Sequence record: PQ471516.1
Direction: 5' to 3' (one strand)
Length of the DNA: 64,000 nucleotides
Shown: piece by piece, positions 1 to 9,717 of the stretch
Position numbering within the stretch: position 1 is the first letter of the stretch
Layout of the letters: every line of letters starts with the position of its first letter
Translations under genes and position numbers: made by a program
Notes under the pieces: generated by a model
What the model was told of the DNA's origin: nothing
The model's input: the letters and a program-made list of their open reading frames with translations, nothing else
Database searches by the model: none

Positions 1-207
1 GTAAACAGTGTTAATACTGGTGACTTTGTTCACATTCTTTTATCCAACATCCGTGTTAAGGGTATTGTTGAAAGTGTTGATTCTGAAGTTCTAACTATTG
101 TTGAAGTTGATCCATACGACAATAATAAATCAGTTCGTCTGTGCATTGATGTTTCCAAAATTGTAGCACTCGGTACAGAAATTATTACTGAAGAAACTAA
201 TCTATAA
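1..207 (+). CDS. 5'-truncated small protein, possible Sm/LSm-like fold
   Basis: Frame 1 is open from the window edge to TAA 205-207: ...GDFVHILLSNIRVKGIVESVDSEVLTIVE...VRLCIDVSKIVALG; beta-strand pattern resembles Sm1/Sm2 motifs. Confidence 0.5.
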   Translation, partial: VNSVNTGDFVHILLSNIRVKGIVESVDSEVLTIVEVDPYDNNKSVRLCIDVSKIVALGTEIITEETNL

Positions 208-216
208 AACGACAAT

Positions 217-295
<79 letters not shown>

Positions 296-349
296 CTTAA
301 GAGGATTTAATATGTTTAAAGATGAACGTCCAGATTTGTAAAATAATCA

Positions 350-378
350 TTGACTAAATAATCCAGTACTGATAAAAT
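350..378 (+). promoter_or_regulatory. sigma70-type promoter for tRNA-Ser(TGA)
   Basis: TTGACT-17 nt-TAAAAT; spacer contains CAGTACTG; TAAATA overlaps the end of the -35. Confidence 0.75.
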
Positions 379-384
379 AAATTT

Positions 385-474
<90 letters not shown>

Positions 475-478
475 ATAT

Positions 479-560
<82 letters not shown>

Positions 561-581
561 ATTTTAATTTAAGGTGTATCC

Positions 582-746
582 ATGACGCATGAAGAATGGA
601 TGAATGATATTAATTTTAGATATTCGGGTATCGGTAGTTGGCGAAAATATCATTGGGAAATTATATCAGACCCAGCAGAATACGATAAACTTATAAACCA
701 TGAAGTATATCCGTGGTTCTTTATTGAAATAATGGTACGAATATGA
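582..746 (+). CDS. 54-aa MTHEEWM repeat-family protein 1
   Basis: Hand translation; AAGGTG SD; 165 nt; below the ORF-track cutoff. Confidence 0.75.
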   Translation: MTHEEWMNDINFRYSGIGSWRKYHWEIISDPAEYDKLINHEVYPWFFIEIMVRI

Positions 747-907
747 CGCATGAAGAATGGATGAATGATATTAATTTTAGATATTCGGGTTTCGGTAAAT
801 GGCTAAAGTATCATTGGGAATTTATTACTGATCCTCAAATGTACGATAAACTTATAAATGATCAAGCATATGAAATTTACTTATTTGAAATACTGGTCAG
901 AACATGA
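743..907 (+). CDS. 54-aa MTHEEWM repeat-family protein 2
   Basis: ATGA overlap with copy 1; first 16 codons identical. Confidence 0.75.
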   Translation: MTHEEWMNDINFRYSGFGKWLKYHWEFITDPQMYDKLINDQAYEIYLFEILVRT

Positions 908-1068
908 CGCATGAAGAATGGATGAGAAAACAAAAGCTAACATGGAATCCTTATTGTTACCAGTTAGACCCAAGAATGTGGGATGTGATACGTATTAAAT
1001 GTATGTACAAATCATTTCTTGGTGATATAATGGATGTTGAAGTACTGATGAATTTAGTACATCGATAA
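904..1068 (+). CDS. 54-aa MTHEEWM repeat-family protein 3
   Basis: ATGA overlap; same first 7 codons, then divergent. Confidence 0.7.
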   Translation: MTHEEWMRKQKLTWNPYCYQLDPRMWDVIRIKCMYKSFLGDIMDVEVLMNLVHR

Positions 1069-1098
1069 TAAAAATCTTATTTAAATGGGATTGATATC

Positions 1099-1734
<636 letters not shown>

Positions 1735-1738
1735 AATC

Positions 1739-2043
1739 GGGCCATTAGCTCACGGTGGTTAGAGCAAACGACTCATCGACAATGGTGACTTTCATCAGTA
1801 ATGGTGATTGAAAAACTGGATGAATTCAGGGAAATCTTAACACGTAATGGTGATGACAATCCTGAGCCAAGCCCAATAAGCGTATTGGGAAGGTGCAGAG
1901 ACTAGATGGTACAGTACGTTCTTACTGTGTAATACATCATTAGCGTCCGGCATCCCTATGGGATGATGATATAGTCCGTACTATTGTGAAAACTATAGAT
2001 TATACGAATCGTTAGGTACTGTGTTCGACTCACAGATGGCTCA
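1739..2043 (+). tRNA. trnI: intron-split tRNA(CAT), probably tRNA-Ile2 (exons 1739-1776, 2007-2043)
   Basis: Joined exons give GGGCCAT/ATGGCTC acceptor, AACGA-CTCATAA-TCGTT, CTGTG-TTCGACT-CACAG; C4:G69, C5:G68 and C29:G41 match TilS determinants. Confidence 0.85.
1777..2006 (+). mobile_element. group I self-splicing intron (230 nt, no ORF)
   Basis: P AATTCAGGGAA 1823, Q AATCCTGAGC 1858, R GTGCAGAGACTA 1893, S GATATAGTCC 1968; P3 CTGGATG/CGTCCGG; U.G pair at the 5' splice site; terminal G at 2006. Confidence 0.93.
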
Positions 2044-2062
2044 CAAACTTTGAAATAAAATA

Positions 2063-2767
2063 ATGAAAATAAAATTAGAATATCCATACAGTAATGATTG
2101 GAAGAATGGGTATATACAGATAAACCCTGAAGGTAGAAGAACTGTAATACTTTATAATTCTCCAACTGATAGAAGCAGTACTCAATATGCTAGATATCTA
2201 TTAGCAGTAAAAGAAGGTAGATATTTAACTGAGTCTGAAGAAGCAGACCACATTGATAATGATTTCACAAATGATGATTTGTCTAATTTACAAATACTTC
2301 ATGTTGATGAACATCGTTATAAAACACATAAGAATGGAGTACAAGCACGATATGATTCATTTGTATGTGCTTGTTGTAATACGGAATTTTCCCGTAGACA
2401 TACTAAAGTGAAATCATATACAAAATATTGTAGTGTTGAGTGTTCACAAAAAATGGTCAAGCCTCCGTCAAATACAAAGGGTGGTGAAACATCAGTTGAT
2501 TATGAAAAGGTAAAAGAATATATTAACCAAGGTTTGTTAGATACTGAAATTGCTAAAATAATGAATATTAGCAAAGGTTCCGTACTAAATTATAGAACCA
2601 AAAATAATATACCATCAAAACATTTTGAGAAAGTAAGGATATTAGAAGATAATATTACTGAGATCAGAAAACGTTTGACAGATGGTGAGAAGAAGGTTAA
2701 GATATATGAAAGTTATGGTGTTTCGAAGAATGTATTTGCTAGGTTTTTAAAACGCCATAATATGTAA
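2063..2767 (+). CDS. free-standing HNH homing endonuclease
   Basis: EEADHIDNDFTNDDLSNLQILHVDEH HNH motif, CACC...YCSVEC Zn finger, C-terminal HTH-like segments. Confidence 0.88.
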   Translation: MKIKLEYPYSNDWKNGYIQINPEGRRTVILYNSPTDRSSTQYARYLLAVKEGRYLTESEEADHIDNDFTNDDLSNLQILHVDEHRYKTHKNGVQARYDSFVCACCNTEFSRRHTKVKSYTKYCSVECSQKMVKPPSNTKGGETSVDYEKVKEYINQGLLDTEIAKIMNISKGSVLNYRTKNNIPSKHFEKVRILEDNITEIRKRLTDGEKKVKIYESYGVSKNVFARFLKRHNM

Positions 2768-2774
2768 TAAATAA

Positions 2775-2848
2775 GACTCTGTAGCACAATTCGGTGGTGC
2801 GAACGACTGTTAATCGTTAGGTTGGGGATTCGAGTTCCTCCAGAGTCG
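2775..2848 (+). tRNA. trnN: tRNA-Asn(GTT)
   Basis: GACTCTG/CAGAGTC acceptor, AACGA-CTGTTAA-TCGTT; followed by CAA, not CCA. Confidence 0.9.
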
Positions 2849-2854
2849 CAAATC

Positions 2855-2983
2855 ATTGGACACATTAATCTTCGATGGTAATGCTGGTTAATATCTTACG
2901 GCTGTAAAATGCAATACATTACATATTGCTTCAGGTACAGAGATATAAAGATTAATTAATAAGGTATCCTTATTTTGTCCAAT
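2855..2983 (+). ncRNA. candidate multibranched structured RNA
   Basis: ATTGGACA/TGTCCAAT closing helix; ATTAATCTT/AAGATTAAT, GCAATA/TATTGC and AATAAGG/CCTTATT helices. Confidence 0.45.
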
Positions 2984-3012
2984 CCTTAATAACTAGAAAT
3001 GGTGGAACAAAA

Positions 3013-3459
3013 ATGAAAGGTGTTTCAATTTTTTACGATTACCATGAACAAGGTTTACCACATCAGATTGCTGGAATCTATTCTACGTCTGATAAAACAG
3101 AAGAAGAGATGCGTACTGAATTATTGTCTCTAATCGGTTCTCAAAGTTTCCATGAACGTGATCAACCAATTTTCATTAACCACACACATTTGTATGCAAA
3201 AAGTTTGCTAGGTGAAGAACTTGATAAAAAGGTGGAATACACGTTAAAACAGTTCTTCCCATTTGCACTTGATTTAGTTGGCTTCCAGTCATCCGAATTC
3301 AAGTTCATGTACTATGATGGTGATGCATATGAGTTTATTTGGAACAATCGTTATCATAAACAATTGCACCAACATCGTTTAGATCTTCAACACGAAGCGG
3401 CTGAAGCATATAAAGCAAAACGAGAAGCACAGAGGCGTGAAGGTAAAGTACAGAAATGA
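3013..3459 (+). CDS. hypothetical protein
   Basis: ORF track, GGTGGA SD. Confidence 0.8.
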   Translation: MKGVSIFYDYHEQGLPHQIAGIYSTSDKTEEEMRTELLSLIGSQSFHERDQPIFINHTHLYAKSLLGEELDKKVEYTLKQFFPFALDLVGFQSSEFKFMYYDGDAYEFIWNNRYHKQLHQHRLDLQHEAAEAYKAKREAQRREGKVQK

Positions 3460-3758
3460 TAGAATCTATCTTATGTGTACTGTTGCCAATTTTAGTAGTT
3501 GCTTTGATATGTCTTTATTATGGTTACAGTACTGTAATTGATAAAAAGCAAGTTTACGTCATTACATTCAGTACTACGCATATTGAGTTTGGTAATGTAC
3601 ACCCTGGTATCAGTTATATTGCATATCGTTGTAAGTACTTCCATAAGTTCAAATCTTATGATATGATCTATTACTGTGATGAATCCAACGTGAATCGTTA
3701 TATTGACATAAACGATGAATCGAAAAAATCGTTTTATAGTTTTAAAGAATTAAAATAA
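3456..3758 (+). CDS. hypothetical membrane-anchored protein
   Basis: N-terminal hydrophobic helix; ATGA overlap. Confidence 0.75.
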   Translation: MIESILCVLLPILVVALICLYYGYSTVIDKKQVYVITFSTTHIEFGNVHPGISYIAYRCKYFHKFKSYDMIYYCDESNVNRYIDINDESKKSFYSFKELK

Positions 3759-3770
3759 ATGGAGACGGAT

Positions 3771-4017
<247 letters not shown>

Positions 4018-4098
4018 ACTTTTTAATTGACACAACTTTGAATGAGGTGTATTATGTTCCAAGAAGAAAACTGGGGTTTTTAACATAAAGGGGAATGT

Positions 4099-4206
<108 letters not shown>

Positions 4207-4289
4207 AAATGATAAATAATACAGTAAGATGACCTCCCCTCAATACGAAAGAGTATGGAGACTTGTTGGTTATCTTACTTCTTAAATTA

Positions 4290-4362
4290 GCCTTCTTAAC
4301 TCAGTTGGTAGAGTAATCGCCTTGTAAGCGATAAGTCATCCGTTCAAGTCGGATAGAGGGCA
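4290..4362 (+). tRNA. trnT: tRNA-Thr(TGT) copy 1
   Basis: GCCTTCT/AGAGGGC acceptor, ATCGC-CTTGTAA-GCGAT; followed by CAA. Confidence 0.92.
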
Positions 4363-4364
4363 CA

Positions 4365-4446
<82 letters not shown>

Positions 4447-4458
4447 TAAAGGTGAACA

Positions 4459-4899
4459 ATGAAAATGAACATTGTAAAATTTGTTGATTATGTATTACAA
4501 AACAAAACATGGTCACTACACGATGTACAAGTAGAAGACGTTGGTGAAGTGCGTGTTTTTTGCTATGATCCAGAATTAGAAGAAACCACTGATTTGAGTA
4601 AATGTTTTAATATTTTTATGGCTTATGAACTCAATAAGAAGTTTTATTCAATTGATATGTATTTGGAACGTTTTACATTTAGAATTTCTGAATATGATAA
4701 TTTTAATGATAATTTTAATGATAATTATTACGATATCAGCATTGAATTTAATGTAGATGATATAAACACTGAAGAAAAATTCTTTCAGTACTCACTAGTT
4801 AATGACACATTGGGCTTGACATTTGATGACGTTAAAGCTATACTTAAAGTTCAGAAATTGATTCCTGAAGATGTGCAAAATCCCTTACGTGAAGAATAA
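4459..4899 (+). CDS. family F protein
   Basis: TEEKFFQYSLVND. Confidence 0.85.
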   Translation: MKMNIVKFVDYVLQNKTWSLHDVQVEDVGEVRVFCYDPELEETTDLSKCFNIFMAYELNKKFYSIDMYLERFTFRISEYDNFNDNFNDNYYDISIEFNVDDINTEEKFFQYSLVNDTLGLTFDDVKAILKVQKLIPEDVQNPLREE

Positions 4900-4912
4900 T
4901 CTGGAGATATAA

Positions 4913-5107
4913 ATGTTTTTGAATTTACTAACTGTGTTTGGACGTACCTTACTATTAGCAGTAATTCATACACCTGGTATCACGAAGTTAGTTTCTTATA
5001 AGTTCAAAGAAGATTTACATAATGGTACTGAAAAGTATCTTCGTAAATTGAATAAAGATTTAGGTGTTAAAGAAACAACACCATTCAAGAAGTATAGTGA
5101 CGATTAA
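4913..5107 (+). CDS. hypothetical protein
   Basis: ORF track, GGAG SD. Confidence 0.7.
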   Translation: MFLNLLTVFGRTLLLAVIHTPGITKLVSYKFKEDLHNGTEKYLRKLNKDLGVKETTPFKKYSDD

Positions 5108-5365
5108 AATATATTACCGAATAATTCAGTACTGGATATGCTGTACTGATAGCTTCTAGCCAGTACTGGATTCCTCCTTTTTCACTAGAAGCTGTCACTT
5201 ATTCATACGTTTGTTACCCTCATAGCACTCGTTGTTTCAAAAGGTATCTTATTACCCCCCTCTCGTAAGATACTTGAATTTAGTAGTTGACTTTTCAACT
5301 TCTTATATGTTATACTTAGGCTGAATCAAATGATTCGGCCTTTTTCTTTTTTAGGAGTGCTTTTA

Positions 5366-5788
5366 ATGAATTTCAGTACTACAAAAGAAGCGATAGCACA
5401 TGCAACAGTTTCTATGTGTAAAGCCATTGAGGATGGAAATTTTAACAAGGATATATACTACCAATTAAACGAACAGCAAGTTGATATTAATTGTTATAAT
5501 GAAAACGGTATGTGTACTTCATACGATAAAGCCAGTAATATCTTCTTTATGATCCGAGAGCTACCAAATGAACAATTATGTAAGTTCTATGCCGAAATTG
5601 ATATGTATAAGAACTATATTAATTTCCAATTCTTGGATATAGATCTATTTCGATTTGACATTACTTCTGATATGTTAAACCTAACAGAAGAAATGTTTTT
5701 CCAAATGAGCTTAGTTTTCGATTTTAAGTACTTCGAATATGAAACATTACGTAAGATATTTCACGTAGCGGGGACTCTACATGAATAA
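5366..5788 (+). CDS. family F protein
   Basis: Start moved to the ATG after AGGAG; TEEMFFQMSLVFD. Confidence 0.85.
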   Translation: MNFSTTKEAIAHATVSMCKAIEDGNFNKDIYYQLNEQQVDINCYNENGMCTSYDKASNIFFMIRELPNEQLCKFYAEIDMYKNYINFQFLDIDLFRFDITSDMLNLTEEMFFQMSLVFDFKYFEYETLRKIFHVAGTLHE

Positions 5789-6200
5789 TAAGATTCTCAA
5801 GAAAATTTTAGATAGGACTGATATCTTCATTAAAGGTAGTGATGAAAATTACAACGTTCTGCATGATGGTGATATCGATACTCACATCTCATCTTATCTA
5901 AACAACTACCGTTGTAGTGTAAGTCATTGCAATAATATAGTTTTCGTAACATCATCTGAAACATTAGGATCTGTTGGTTGGATTGACATTTTGGAGGATG
6001 GATTCACTTATGAAAATGAAGTTCGAGATTACACACTTGAATTTTACGACATTCAGGACTATAATTTAACAGAAGATGTGTACTTCCAGATGAGTACTGT
6101 CTATGATTTTGATATCATCGAATTTGAAGATTTGAAGAGAATCTTTAAGATTTGTGATTTTTTAAAAGGGAACCGAAATGAATCGACAATCTTTGCCTAA
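5781..6200 (+). CDS. family F protein
   Basis: TEDVYFQMSTVYD. Confidence 0.85.
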   Translation: MNNKILKKILDRTDIFIKGSDENYNVLHDGDIDTHISSYLNNYRCSVSHCNNIVFVTSSETLGSVGWIDILEDGFTYENEVRDYTLEFYDIQDYNLTEDVYFQMSTVYDFDIIEFEDLKRIFKICDFLKGNRNESTIFA

Positions 6201-6621
6201 AGAGCATGAGGACAACATCCTAAAGCGTTTGGATGAAATCACCAACACCCCATTAAGTGTTCTGGAAGCTAACTACGATGCCAAATTCAAGCAGTTCTTG
6301 GTCAACAATAGTGAATGGTGGTACAGTACTCCAGCATTGGTTTGTGCTGTTAATGTAGGCGTAGGTGATTATGAGTATGCTATTCACTATAACCAGAAGA
6401 ATATAAGCATCATTGTTGATGAAATTGCAGAGTCTGATAAATGGCGAGATGATAACAGTATCTTAAGTATGGCATTGAATTACAAAAATGATTCTGAATA
6501 CTTTCAAGATAGTACTATCAAAGAGATTGAAGTATCTTATAAAGTAATAGAAAAGATGCGTGAATTTTGTTTGTACATACTAAAAGTGACAGAGGATCTC
6601 CAATGCAAGCATCCGAGATGA
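6178..6621 (+). CDS. family F protein
   Basis: NDSEYFQDSTIKE. Confidence 0.8.
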   Translation: MNRQSLPKEHEDNILKRLDEITNTPLSVLEANYDAKFKQFLVNNSEWWYSTPALVCAVNVGVGDYEYAIHYNQKNISIIVDEIAESDKWRDDNSILSMALNYKNDSEYFQDSTIKEIEVSYKVIEKMREFCLYILKVTEDLQCKHPR

Positions 6622-7037
6622 GAAAACTGATTGAGAAAGAACATGGTAGTGTTGATAATTTGGCTACAAAGATCATTGAAAGCCTTAAATTTGATGAATA
6701 CCATAAGAGACTTGCACACAATGTTATTGGTGTTTCAAAAAGAGCCACCATTCTATATTTTCCTCGTTTACAAGAATATAACTTAGAATCAAACACAGAT
6801 GGAACATTCTTTCAGGTGTACCGAAAAGAAGGTGAAGACCGTGTAAGAATGTCATTACAACTTCCCGCCTCTTACACATACAGAGTTAATGATATTGAAG
6901 AGTCATACAAGACTGAAGAAGAATTCTTTCAGGTTAGTTTGTTTCATGACTTGATCTTTTCTTATGAGTTCTTTAAAGAAGTCGAGTACTTGTTTAACTT
7001 GGCTGCCGAAAAACTGAAAAAAGATATGGAAAATTGA
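6618..7037 (+). CDS. family F protein
   Basis: ATGA overlap start; TEEEFFQVSLFHD. Confidence 0.8.
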   Translation: MRKLIEKEHGSVDNLATKIIESLKFDEYHKRLAHNVIGVSKRATILYFPRLQEYNLESNTDGTFFQVYRKEGEDRVRMSLQLPASYTYRVNDIEESYKTEEEFFQVSLFHDLIFSYEFFKEVEYLFNLAAEKLKKDMEN

Positions 7038-7038
7038 G

Positions 7039-7446
7039 ATGTTTTGTCTAACTGATGATATAATTAAAGAAGTTGTAGATATACTGAAGAACCCTGGTAC
7101 ATTCACTAAATCCACTGAATTGATTACTGAATTTCGTGATGGGTGCTCTTATTACACAAACAATAACAGTACATGCGTGAGTCTTAACCTATCGGATGGT
7201 ACTGGAGCGTTAATGCACCGTTACAGTACTCCGTTAGATGGTGTACAATTTTCTTTTTCATTGATTGATAAAGAGTACAGTCTATTCTGTGATGATTATG
7301 AGAGTCTCAATGACCTGTATCTTGATTCTAAAATGTACTTCTCCGAAGAAGAACACTTCATGGATAGTACAGTAGAAAATCTAACAATTCCTTACACTAT
7401 TATGGAAGAATTCAATACATTTTGCAGGAACTACGCAAATGCATGA
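7039..7446 (+). CDS. family F protein (divergent)
   Basis: SEEEHFMDSTVEN. Confidence 0.8.
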   Translation: MFCLTDDIIKEVVDILKNPGTFTKSTELITEFRDGCSYYTNNNSTCVSLNLSDGTGALMHRYSTPLDGVQFSFSLIDKEYSLFCDDYESLNDLYLDSKMYFSEEEHFMDSTVENLTIPYTIMEEFNTFCRNYANA

Positions 7447-7906
7447 TTTATATGAAGATATTAATGATGTTATTGATGTAGCACTATGGACTGTTTTCGA
7501 ATACAGAACAGAAAACAAACACTGGTCTAATTGGTATACTAATGATAACCAAAAACTACTGCTAGGTCATGGTAATACCGTTGAGTGTCTTGCATTCACT
7601 CGTCATGGGGCAAGTGATGATATAAGGGATTGTTTTAATATACAAATATCACTACTTGGTCAAGGTGTGTTGTATAAGATTGATGTTTATCATGATCGTT
7701 TATTTGTAGTGTCTGGTAGTGCTACCCGCATTGTATTAGGTTATGACATGAACCCAAGTGAAGCGGATTTGTTTATTGGTGATTTCGATAAAGACATTGA
7801 TTGTGCAAGATACTTTCAATTAAGTACTTTGTATAGTTTATGTAATATTAGTCATCGTGGATTAAAGAAGTTACAGAGTATTGCACGAAATTTAAATTCT
7901 GAATAA
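7439..7906 (+). CDS. family F protein (divergent)
   Basis: RYFQLSTLYS. Confidence 0.8.
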   Translation: MHDLYEDINDVIDVALWTVFEYRTENKHWSNWYTNDNQKLLLGHGNTVECLAFTRHGASDDIRDCFNIQISLLGQGVLYKIDVYHDRLFVVSGSATRIVLGYDMNPSEADLFIGDFDKDIDCARYFQLSTLYSLCNISHRGLKKLQSIARNLNSE

Positions 7907-7918
7907 CAGGAGAATATT

Positions 7919-8365
7919 ATGAGTTTTAATGGTAACATTGCAAAAGTACTTATTGTGTTTGAAAACTGTGAGTCCTTTTATGTTGAACAAAAAGACATTC
8001 TATGGATGCACATTGGTGATATTAAAACTAAAGTGTTTCGCTATTCTAATGTACTTAGTATCGAAAATGTAGCTGGACAGTTTGGAATTGCACTACGCAA
8101 AGAAATTGAAACCGAATTTTGGGGAAATCAAACATTACTTAATCGTTTGGATATGCGTGATGTTACTAACATTACTCTATATGACGTTAACAATGAGAGC
8201 GTCTCTTATGTTGTTGAATGGGCTGATTATAGCGATCAACAAACGTCAATCAATCAACGTACTTTCGTGACCCCCGCTGGTAATGTTGTATTCGTCAGTA
8301 CTACATCTTCTTTAGTGGATGTTGATGTTGAACATATTGATTTAAACGCTAAGTACATGTCTTGA
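7919..8365 (+). CDS. hypothetical protein
   Basis: ORF track, AGGAG SD. Confidence 0.85.
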   Translation: MSFNGNIAKVLIVFENCESFYVEQKDILWMHIGDIKTKVFRYSNVLSIENVAGQFGIALRKEIETEFWGNQTLLNRLDMRDVTNITLYDVNNESVSYVVEWADYSDQQTSINQRTFVTPAGNVVFVSTTSSLVDVDVEHIDLNAKYMS

Positions 8366-8399
8366 CAACAGTATGTGCACGCTGTATAATGTGCACATA
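8362..8399 (+). promoter_or_regulatory. sigma70 promoter with inverted repeat around the -10
   Basis: TTGACA-17-TATAAT; TATGTGCAC/GTGCACATA arms. Confidence 0.8.
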
Positions 8400-8421
8400 T
8401 TAACTTAATGGGTATTTAAAA

Positions 8422-8850
8422 ATGAGTACAGTAAAAATCAATGTACACTTTCTTGATTCATGGAAAGATGTTTGTACTGGTGTTAGTGAAGTAGAATACA
8501 GTACTGAAACTATCCACGCCGAAGATACATGGCAAGCTGAATCACAGTTAGAAAAACTCAAAGAAACAGTAGGAACATCAGTTTCTGCTGGTACTGAACA
8601 TACGCGTAAAATCATTGGTATTGATGAAATTGCACAGGTTCAGGTATTCTTGACGAACGAACAAATGATGAAGTTCATTCTTGACAACAATGTGGAACTT
8701 GCATTGGATGGTTCAGTATGGCAGAAAACTGACGGTACAAAAGTACGAGTGAAGTACCGTGTTACCATCAATGGGACTGCGATGTGTGGCATGGATTTGG
8801 AAGATGCAATCAATTACTACGTAAACAACATAAGAGGGAAAAAATGCTAA
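8422..8850 (+). CDS. hypothetical protein
   Basis: ORF track, downstream of promoter. Confidence 0.85.
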   Translation: MSTVKINVHFLDSWKDVCTGVSEVEYSTETIHAEDTWQAESQLEKLKETVGTSVSAGTEHTRKIIGIDEIAQVQVFLTNEQMMKFILDNNVELALDGSVWQKTDGTKVRVKYRVTINGTAMCGMDLEDAINYYVNNIRGKKC

Positions 8851-9206
8851 CAGTTATATTGTGTACCTTGATGTGTTGTGTTACAATTATCATATGCCGA
8901 TTGATCAATAACGCCTCTTTGGAAAAAGCATTTGAGCATGAGAGAAATCTTAAAGAGTTGGAGAATCCAACACCATTTAAGAAACAAAAGTCTCCATATT
9001 CATTACGTAGGGTGTTGCATTCCAAATCAAAAAAATGGGGATATTGTCTTTTGGAGGGTGGTGGCATCTACACATCAGTTGATGGATACTACGAAGTGAA
9101 TTATGATATCAAAGACGCAATTGAGCTTTTGTGGACTATGGAGGATTTAGGTAATTATGAGCGTACTAAGTTTGAATTCTTACAAGATGATCCAGGAACT
9201 TCATGA
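8844..9206 (+). CDS. hypothetical membrane-anchored protein
   Basis: Start moved to MLTVIL after GAGGG. Confidence 0.75.
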   Translation: MLTVILCTLMCCVTIIICRLINNASLEKAFEHERNLKELENPTPFKKQKSPYSLRRVLHSKSKKWGYCLLEGGGIYTSVDGYYEVNYDIKDAIELLWTMEDLGNYERTKFEFLQDDPGTS

Positions 9207-9249
9207 AAAACATGCTATAATTGTAGATGTAGAAAAGCAGGAAGTTGTG

Positions 9250-9357
9250 ATGAAGAAGCAAGCCTATCAGATTCTGGATAACTTCCGCTCTAAAGCATTC
9301 ATCATGAAGTTGTGTGCTGACGAGCATTTAGTAGGAAGATTTTTATACAAGGAGTAA
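9250..9357 (+). CDS. small hypothetical protein (start uncertain)
   Basis: 3' part of track ORF 9157..9357; AGGA SD before MKKQAY. Confidence 0.45.
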   Translation: MKKQAYQILDNFRSKAFIMKLCADEHLVGRFLYKE

Positions 9358-9363
9358 CACAAC

Positions 9364-9705
9364 ATGAACATGAGTAAAACTATTCAGTTCTTGAGTTCAA
9401 ATTTCAGCAAAATTATCACCAGAGGTGGAATGATTGTCCACCCTGAAACTGATGAAATGTATATTATCCGTTTTGATGCAAGTTCTTATGATCAAGTACT
9501 TGTGGTTTCTAAGATGGTAGGGTATAATGAAGTCATTCAATTCTGTTGTACAGAATTTGGAATCTACATTAAAGATTCGGATACTAACACAATTTCACAT
9601 TATTTTTATCACACGTTGATGGGTACTAAAGACTTTGGTCTTAAATTCGATGATTTAGTACAATGTCACTATATGTTCAAAACCTACCCAGCATCTGGGA
9701 ACTAA
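9364..9705 (+). CDS. hypothetical protein
   Basis: ORF track, AGGAG SD. Confidence 0.8.
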   Translation: MNMSKTIQFLSSNFSKIITRGGMIVHPETDEMYIIRFDASSYDQVLVVSKMVGYNEVIQFCCTEFGIYIKDSDTNTISHYFYHTLMGTKDFGLKFDDLVQCHYMFKTYPASGN

Positions 9706-9717
9706 GGAGTTACAAAT

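Noticed and set aside
4703-4736. 12-nt tandem repeat (NDNF) in ORF 4459
   Set aside because: In-frame low-complexity slippage with no sign of function.
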